NCBI RefSeq assembly: GCF_001306055.1
Contig: NZ_LGHJ01000012.1
Location: 120,001-152,000 of the forward strand
DNA from: Bellilinea caldifistulae
GTDB lineage: Bacteria > Chloroflexota > Anaerolineae > Anaerolineales > Anaerolineaceae
Length of the DNA stretch: 32,000 nt
Direction: 5' to 3'
How positions within the stretch are numbered: position 1 is the stretch's first letter; each line of letters begins with the position of its first letter. This document shows, one piece after another, positions 27,130 through 32,000 of the stretch. Under the pieces are notes generated by a model. That model was not told the DNA's origin. It did not search any database and worked only from the letters and a program-made list of their open reading frames with translations. A program made the position numbers and the translations under genes.

Positions 27130-28792
27130 CGGCAATCTCCAATTTTGCGGCCTTGATCGCTTTCCCCCATGTCGGGAACACATCCAGATAAACTTTCAAA
27201 TCATATTGGCTGTAGGTTTCCACATCTTGCGGTGTGGGAAGTCTTCCTAGTTTTCTGGCCAACGAACGCAATTCCAGCTGGAGCTCTTTCTTTGTCAATT
27301 CCGTTTTTGAACGCCGGATAGAAGGACGAAGCACTTCCCCATTTTGCTGAACTTCTTGAATTTTTTTCTGCATCAATTCAACATAAAAGGGATCAATGTC
27401 AATTCCGACGAAACGACGGTTTAATTTTGCCGCCGTGATGATTGTGGTTCCAGTGCCGGCTAGCGCATCGAGAACGACATCATTTGGATTCGTTGTGAGT
27501 AATATGATTCGTTTGAGCAACGCTTCCGGCAATTGACAGGGATGCCAGTCACGATCACGCCGATGCTTAATCCGATGGATATCCCACCATATATCCGAAA
27601 GCATTTCCTGCTGGTTTTCACCCCTTAACTTCCGATTGCGAATACAGGAAGCCCGTAAACAATAGACACGGCTTTCAATATTCTTGATTGCTTCATAGTT
27701 AAACGTAAAACCTTCTTTTTGTTTGGTGTAAAAAAGCAGGCTGTAATGAGCAGGCATTAATTTTCCACGCGGCTCAGAAAGTGCATCCCAAACAATCCAG
27801 TTTTGAAAGTACAATCGCTGGTTCAGGTAATCAGCATGATACATGGACCAACGCGGGAGGTTCAGAACAAACAAAGAACCGGTAGGTTTCAAGACCCGGA
27901 TATATTCTGCCAGCCACTGATTACACCATTCCAGATATTCTTTACCAGCCAGTTCATCATTATACACATTGTAAGATTTGTCTAGATTATAGGGAGGATC
28001 AGCAAAGACCAAATCAATTGAATCGTTCGGATATTTCTTAAGAATCTCTAACGCATCTCCCTGTAATACCACATTAAAGCCGGGGATTGTCTCATCCAGA
28101 CGATCAGTGTTTGAAGCAGTTTTTTGCGGTTCAATCACCGAAAACAAGCCTGGTTGATATTGAATTCTATTTTCCCCAATCTGCTTCACTGTTGAGTTTG
28201 TGTGTAATGCCCCCGCCGGGCCAGCCCAGCCGACAATTTCCTTACCATTGACATCTACCAAACTCAATATCCGCTGAAAGGATGCTTCGCTCAAAGAAGT
28301 ATAGTTATCTTCTGTATCTAACGATTTCCAAACATCCGAAATGGCTGCCCCAGCCGGATTCATCAAGTGGGCTTTCCCTCCCCAGTCCTTCACTGTTTTA
28401 CCGCAGGCTTTGCAAAACTCATGGGGAGTTCTTATTTTGTTAATTTCAAAATGATGACCTTTTACAAACATCAATAAACCGGCGTGGACAGATGGTAGTC
28501 CATTGGTAAATTGTCTTACCCTGGACTCAAGAGCAATCCAGTACTTAAAGTTCAAGCGCTGATCGAGATACACCCCAAGCGAGGGCAAATTAAACGGCAA
28601 ACCCTGGACGAACAATATTCCACCAGGTTTCAAGGCACGCACCAGATTATCCAAAATATTATAAATGGACCGACGGGTCTCTTGACCAAGCCCGCCCGAA
28701 ATCAGTAAGGCAAAATCCAATGATTTGGATTCAAGCTTTTTAGCATTATCTACTATAAATGGTTCATCTGGTGTAATTAGATGTTTGATCAT
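27113..28792 (-). CDS. DNA methyltransferase, beta-class (DPPY, probably N6-adenine), with an N-terminal degenerate duplicate domain and a C-terminal accessory repeat
   Basis: Motif IV, FADPPYNL (aa 263-270), was confirmed on the DNA: GATCCTCCCTAT at 28000-27989. Motif I, LDALAGTGTT (aa 441-450), lies downstream of it, which is the beta order. Residues 24-196 repeat the same fold with the motifs lost. Confidence 0.85.
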   Translation of the reverse strand: MIKHLITPDEPFIVDNAKKLESKSLDFALLISGGLGQETRRSIYNILDNLVRALKPGGILFVQGLPFNLPSLGVYLDQRLNFKYWIALESRVRQFTNGLPSVHAGLLMFVKGHHFEINKIRTPHEFCKACGKTVKDWGGKAHLMNPAGAAISDVWKSLDTEDNYTSLSEASFQRILSLVDVNGKEIVGWAGPAGALHTNSTVKQIGENRIQYQPGLFSVIEPQKTASNTDRLDETIPGFNVVLQGDALEILKKYPNDSIDLVFADPPYNLDKSYNVYNDELAGKEYLEWCNQWLAEYIRVLKPTGSLFVLNLPRWSMYHADYLNQRLYFQNWIVWDALSEPRGKLMPAHYSLLFYTKQKEGFTFNYEAIKNIESRVYCLRASCIRNRKLRGENQQEMLSDIWWDIHRIKHRRDRDWHPCQLPEALLKRIILLTTNPNDVVLDALAGTGTTIITAAKLNRRFVGIDIDPFYVELMQKKIQEVQQNGEVLRPSIRRSKTELTKKELQLELRSLARKLGRLPTPQDVETYSQYDLKVYLDVFPTWGKAIKAAKLEIADDQKH

Positions 28793-28804
28793 CTTGAGAA
28801 TCAG

Positions 28805-29872
28805 TTACTCATCCCATTTCATTTGTTCCATAAAATTCGCCGGCAGGCTGGCGATGAATTGTGCCAGCAAGTGACCGGTACGCTGCACATCTTTCATGGA
28901 GATGATTTCCACCGGTGTATGCATGTAACGCAAGGGTATGCTCAGGACCGCCGTTGAGATGCCCTCCCCGATGATTTGCATGGCGTAGGCATCTGTGCCG
29001 GAGCGAGCCGGTAAAATTTCATTGTGGAAGGGGATGTCCAAGCGCTCCGCCGTCTCTTTGAGGGCACGGTAAAACGCCGGATGAATATTTGCCCCCCACC
29101 CAATCGTCAGCCCCTTGCCCAACGGGAAGGTGCGGTAATCCGAAGGTCCTCCCGGCCCTTTTGCAAAAGTTACATCCACTGCCACCGCCAGATCCGGGCG
29201 GATCGAAAACGGCGAGGTGTACCCGCCGCCCAGGGTAATTTCTTCCTGCACGGTGGCTACAGCCCACACATCCCACACATGATGTACCGGCTGCAACGCC
29301 CTGAGGCAAACAGTCAGGGCTGCAATTGAGGCGCGGTTATCCAGACTGTGACCAGCCAACAGGTCATTGCTCAATTCCAGCGGAGGCTGGGCAAACGAAA
29401 TCAGATCACCAACCCGCACCAGTTCCCGAACCTGCTCCGGCAGCAGGCCGGTATCCACCAGCAGGTATTTCAGGTCCACCGATTGCCGCGGCGAAACTTC
29501 GTCCGGCAGCAGGTGGGCTGGCGGCTGCACCACAACGGCTGGCAAGTCCTCTCGCCCATGCACAATCACCTGCTGACCGGGCAAAATGCGCGGGTCAATT
29601 CCGCCGATCGGGGTAAAACGCAGCCAGCCGTCCACAATTTCCGTCACCATCATTCCAATGGCGTCCATGTGGGCGGCCAGCAAAATGCTGGGGCGCGGTT
29701 CTTCACCACTGCCGCGTTTGAGGGCGTGCAGGCTGCCCAGCGGACTGAACGATATTTCATCCACCAGCGGCTGCCATTCCTGTTGAATCCGCTCGCCCAC
29801 CGGGCTTTCATAACCGGAAAGCCCCGGCAGAGAAATCAGATCTTTGAGAAAATCCTTGATTTCACTCATCAT
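28805..29872 (-). CDS. M42-family aminopeptidase, paralog 1
   Basis: LISLPGLSGYESPVGERI and LAAHMDAIGM are present, and the C-terminal PLRYMHTP matches PCRYIHTP and PVRYAHTP in the other copies. Confidence 0.85.
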   Translation of the reverse strand: MMSEIKDFLKDLISLPGLSGYESPVGERIQQEWQPLVDEISFSPLGSLHALKRGSGEEPRPSILLAAHMDAIGMMVTEIVDGWLRFTPIGGIDPRILPGQQVIVHGREDLPAVVVQPPAHLLPDEVSPRQSVDLKYLLVDTGLLPEQVRELVRVGDLISFAQPPLELSNDLLAGHSLDNRASIAALTVCLRALQPVHHVWDVWAVATVQEEITLGGGYTSPFSIRPDLAVAVDVTFAKGPGGPSDYRTFPLGKGLTIGWGANIHPAFYRALKETAERLDIPFHNEILPARSGTDAYAMQIIGEGISTAVLSIPLRYMHTPVEIISMKDVQRTGHLLAQFIASLPANFMEQMKWDE

Positions 29873-29893
29873 TTTTGAATGGTTCCCTTGAGG

Positions 29894-30307
29894 TTATGGA
29901 GAAGTTGGAGTATCGGTGGGGGTCGGCGTAGCCACCACCGGCGTATCGGTTGGCAGAAGGGGGGGTTCGGTCAGGGTCAGGGTCACGGTCAGCGTCGGCG
30001 TTTCGGTGAGAGTCGGAGTACGGGTCGGCGGCACAAATGGCGTAAACGTCTGGGTTGGCGTCCACGTTTGGGTTGGGGTCGGCGTAAATGTGTCGCTCGG
30101 CAGGATGAAAAATGTGGGGGTCAGGGTGGGAGGTTGGGGCGGTTCAGCCGTATTGGTAAGCGTGACCGTCGGGGTTGGCGTTGGCTCAGGCACATTCCCG
30201 TTGAGCTGCAGAATAAAAAACCCCAAGCAATAGCAGGGTATGGTTGCCAGTATGATAAAAACCAGAATGGATCGGATCCGAGTGCGGCGTTCGGCGCGAA
30301 AGGCCAT
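29894..30307 (-). CDS. Small N-terminally anchored Thr/Pro-repeat protein
   Basis: Begins MAFRAERRTRIRSILVFIILATIPCYCLGFFIL (a TM). About 95 residues of TPT/TLT repeats follow. The stop lies 21 nt before the next M42 gene. Confidence 0.55.
   Translation of the reverse strand: MAFRAERRTRIRSILVFIILATIPCYCLGFFILQLNGNVPEPTPTPTVTLTNTAEPPQPPTLTPTFFILPSDTFTPTPTQTWTPTQTFTPFVPPTRTPTLTETPTLTVTLTLTEPPLLPTDTPVVATPTPTDTPTSP
29900..30200. repeat. Imperfect codon-level low-complexity tract (Thr/Pro/Leu codons)
   Basis: Contains GGTCAGGGTCAGGGTCACGGTCAGCGTCGGCGT-type reiterations. It is the DNA image of the TPT/TLT repeats. Confidence 0.5.
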
Positions 30308-30378
30308 CCAGAAGTTCTCCCAGTACTCCTCGATAATATCACGGCCTTATGGATGTGGCAAGTCGAGTAACGGACAAG

Positions 30379-31206
30379 TCAGCGGCGTTCATCCGGCATG
30401 GGATTCAACTGGGTCGTTTGCATCTCCTTGCGGACGGTTTGGTAAAGGTTCTCGGCTTTCAACTCCCCAATCGTGTAGCAGGGTGCTTGCAGTTGATCGG
30501 CCAGGGCCTGCGCCAGTCCCTGATCAAACGCCACATGCTCCATGTTGATGACCACACTGTGGATGTGTTCCTCGGCAATCTGCCGGGCAATTCGATAGGC
30601 TTCTTCATGGGGCGGAAGCTTGCCCATTGAAACATTCCCGGCGCCATCGGTGAGGACGATCAGCAGCGGCATCACATCGGGATGCAGCATCCGTTCGCGC
30701 ATCAGCACATCGTAAGCCAGTTTCAGGCCGGCCGAAAGCGGCGTCTTGCCTCCTACCGGAATATCGGCAAGTGCCCGCTGTGCCAGCGTAACCGAATTGG
30801 TGGGTGGCAGAACCAGCGTGGCGCGGTCTTTCTGGAAAACGATCAACCCGACCCGATCACGACGCTGGTAAGCATCCGTCAAGAGGGAAAGGATGGCTCC
30901 CTTGGTCGCCTGCATCCGCTCCGCCACCGCCATAGACCACGAGGCATCCACCAGAAAGAGGATTAAGTTTGCCGCCCGGCGCACCCGCACTTTGCGCATG
31001 TAATCGCTGGGGCGCACCGAAAAAGCCACTCTCTGCCGGTCTTCCTCACGTTCCCGCTGATGGGGAGCAGCCGCCCGTAAAGTAGCATCAAAAGCCAGAT
31101 CATCAGCCTTGCCATAAGAAGGCCGCGATTGGATATAACGGCCGCGTTTTCTTTCGGTGCGGGTACGTGACCGACGCCCGGCAAAACGACGCACCATTTT
31201 ATCCAA
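30379..31206 (-). CDS. VWA-domain protein (ChlD/BchD C-terminal-like)
   Basis: The MIDAS motif is LFLVDASWSM (DxSxS). RGRYIQSRP...FDATLRAAAP and VGGKTPLSAGL fit the chelatase D-subunit VWA pattern. The track start at 31206 is a TTG and an ATG lies at 31197. The frame stays open upstream to 31392. Confidence 0.8.
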   Translation of the reverse strand: MDKMVRRFAGRRSRTRTERKRGRYIQSRPSYGKADDLAFDATLRAAAPHQREREEDRQRVAFSVRPSDYMRKVRVRRAANLILFLVDASWSMAVAERMQATKGAILSLLTDAYQRRDRVGLIVFQKDRATLVLPPTNSVTLAQRALADIPVGGKTPLSAGLKLAYDVLMRERMLHPDVMPLLIVLTDGAGNVSMGKLPPHEEAYRIARQIAEEHIHSVVINMEHVAFDQGLAQALADQLQAPCYTIGELKAENLYQTVRKEMQTTQLNPMPDERR

Positions 31207-31361
31207 GGGTGTGTCCAGCCGGCGCGGGTCGAAAGACTGACCGATTTTTACCCGCTCACCGCCATCCCACCATTGAGCGTTCTGTTTTCCAAAAATTTCT
31301 TCCGTCTGTCCGGGTTGAGGAGTTCCCTGAGGGAGCGTTTCCGGACTTTCCGCTCCCTCGT

Positions 31362-32000
31362 TCAGACTTTTTTTTGCTGATTCTTCTCTTCCTCAACCCT
31401 TTCAACTTCTTCGCGCCGCTGACCGGTAGAACTGGCTCCCTGTAATTGCTCAATCCGGTCTTGCAGTTCTTCCATAGTCACTTCTTCCTGAGAGAAAGGC
31501 CCGCGGCGCAGACGGTGCGGAAGCGCCAGTTCTGCTGCCAGCGCAATATCCCGCCCGTTGATTGCCGTGCGCCCATCGAAGGCGGCCTGCGCCCGGGCGG
31601 CTTTGAGAATGACCAGATCGGCGCGGTGTCCGTCCACATTCAAAGAAGCGGTCAATTGAGCAATTGAAAGCAGATCGCGACTGGTATAACCAACCTGATC
31701 AATCAACCGGCGAGCGCGTTCAATCTGGCGGGAGAGTTCTTCCTCTTTTGGCAGCCACTGCTGACGGAATTTTTCGGGATCGGCTTCAAAAGCCAGATTG
31801 CGTTCCATGATCTGCACCCGTTCGCGCGCATCCCGGATACCGTATATCTCTACGGAAAGGGCAAACCGATCCAGCAGTTGCGGGCGTAAATCACCCTCTT
31901 CGGGGTTCATCGTCCCCACCAGAATAAAGCGGGCCGGATGGCTGAACGAGATGCCTTCGCGCTCTATGATGTTCATCCCCATGGCAGCCGAGTCGAGCAG
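31362..32000 (-). CDS. ChlI/BchI-family AAA+ ATPase; N-terminus lies beyond the window edge
   Basis: NIIEREGISFSHPARFILVGTMNPEEGDLRPQLLDRF is the hallmark ChlI/BchI segment. The frame is open to position 32000. The acidic tail ends in the A8 run. Confidence 0.85.
   Translation of the reverse strand: MLDSAAMGMNIIEREGISFSHPARFILVGTMNPEEGDLRPQLLDRFALSVEIYGIRDARERVQIMERNLAFEADPEKFRQQWLPKEEELSRQIERARRLIDQVGYTSRDLLSIAQLTASLNVDGHRADLVILKAARAQAAFDGRTAINGRDIALAAELALPHRLRRGPFSQEEVTMEELQDRIEQLQGASSTGQRREEVERVEEEKNQQKKV

Larger units (their letters stand above)
26182..28792 (-). other. Low-GC two-gene restriction-modification-like islet
   Basis: Hand counts on 60-nt lines give 22/60 and 29/60 G+C inside the islet (28021-28080, 27601-27660). 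The adjacent M42 gene gives 36/60 (25201-25260). No flanking mobility genes were seen. Confidence 0.6.

Noticed and set aside
26182-28792. I tried to guess the recognition site from GATC avoidance, given the DpnII-like impression of the nuclease.
   Set aside because: GATC occurs repeatedly inside the islet, for example near 26235, 26519, 26784, 26806, 27046 and 27164, and throughout the window. No depletion is visible, and specificity cannot be inferred by eye.
26172-28811. The pentamer CTCAT occurs at both islet junctions: at 26173-26177, the start of the downstream M42 gene, and at 28807-28811, the end of the upstream M42 gene. I considered it as a possible target-site duplication.
   Set aside because: Five nucleotides is too short to be meaningful. 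Both copies are explained by coding constraints (ATGAG.. start, ..GATGAG TAA end), and no terminal inverted repeats accompany them.
29879-30370. Plus-strand ORFs encoding Gly/Val/Arg repeats (163 aa and 105 aa) lie over the TP-repeat gene. I also considered whether the periodic DNA here is a tandem repeat or CRISPR-like array.
   Set aside because: These are mirror images of the Thr/Pro codon tract on the minus strand. The repeats are imperfect codon-level reiterations without a unique-spacer/constant-repeat structure, and no cas genes are present.
1-32000. I searched for tRNA, rRNA, CRISPR arrays, IS elements, integrases and prophage genes.
   Set aside because: None was found. All intergenic gaps are 278 nt or shorter, and none showed cloverleaf-type complementarity, direct-repeat arrays or terminal inverted repeats.

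Overview
The window is about 60% G+C, gene-dense bacterial chromosome. Its style suggests Chloroflexota: Pro/Thr-rich linkers, ATGA-coupled genes and many long antisense shadow ORFs. That lineage guess is inference only. Most of it is ordinary housekeeping or accessory metabolism. This includes a PfkB sugar kinase, 2-oxoglutarate dehydrogenase E1/E2 (sucA-sucB), Mn-type superoxide dismutase, and a PspC/LiaF-like envelope-stress pair. It also includes an M23 peptidase, an ATL-type MGMT homologue, YihY, YibE/F, an HtrA-like protease with a LuxR-type regulator, transporters, and a ChlI-like AAA+/VWA pair. No rRNA, tRNA, CRISPR array, transposase or integrase was seen. The one clearly foreign element is an AT-richer two-gene islet at about 26182-28792 on the minus strand. 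It encodes a 559-aa DNA methyltransferase built as an inactive-copy/active-copy tandem plus a C-terminal repeat that looks homing-endonuclease-associated. A 17-nt overlap joins it to a 315-aa nuclease-like protein. The islet sits almost without spacer between paralogous M42 aminopeptidase genes, inside a long co-directional gene string. Secondary observations follow. Two coding breaks fall in A-runs: an MFS transporter at A6, and the ChlI/VWA junction at an in-phase A8. A 19-bp Fur-family-like palindrome lies over the predicted sodA promoter. The ATL has Trp in place of the active-site Cys. The response regulator has a pseudo-receiver domain. Short phased repeats lie upstream of the protease operon.
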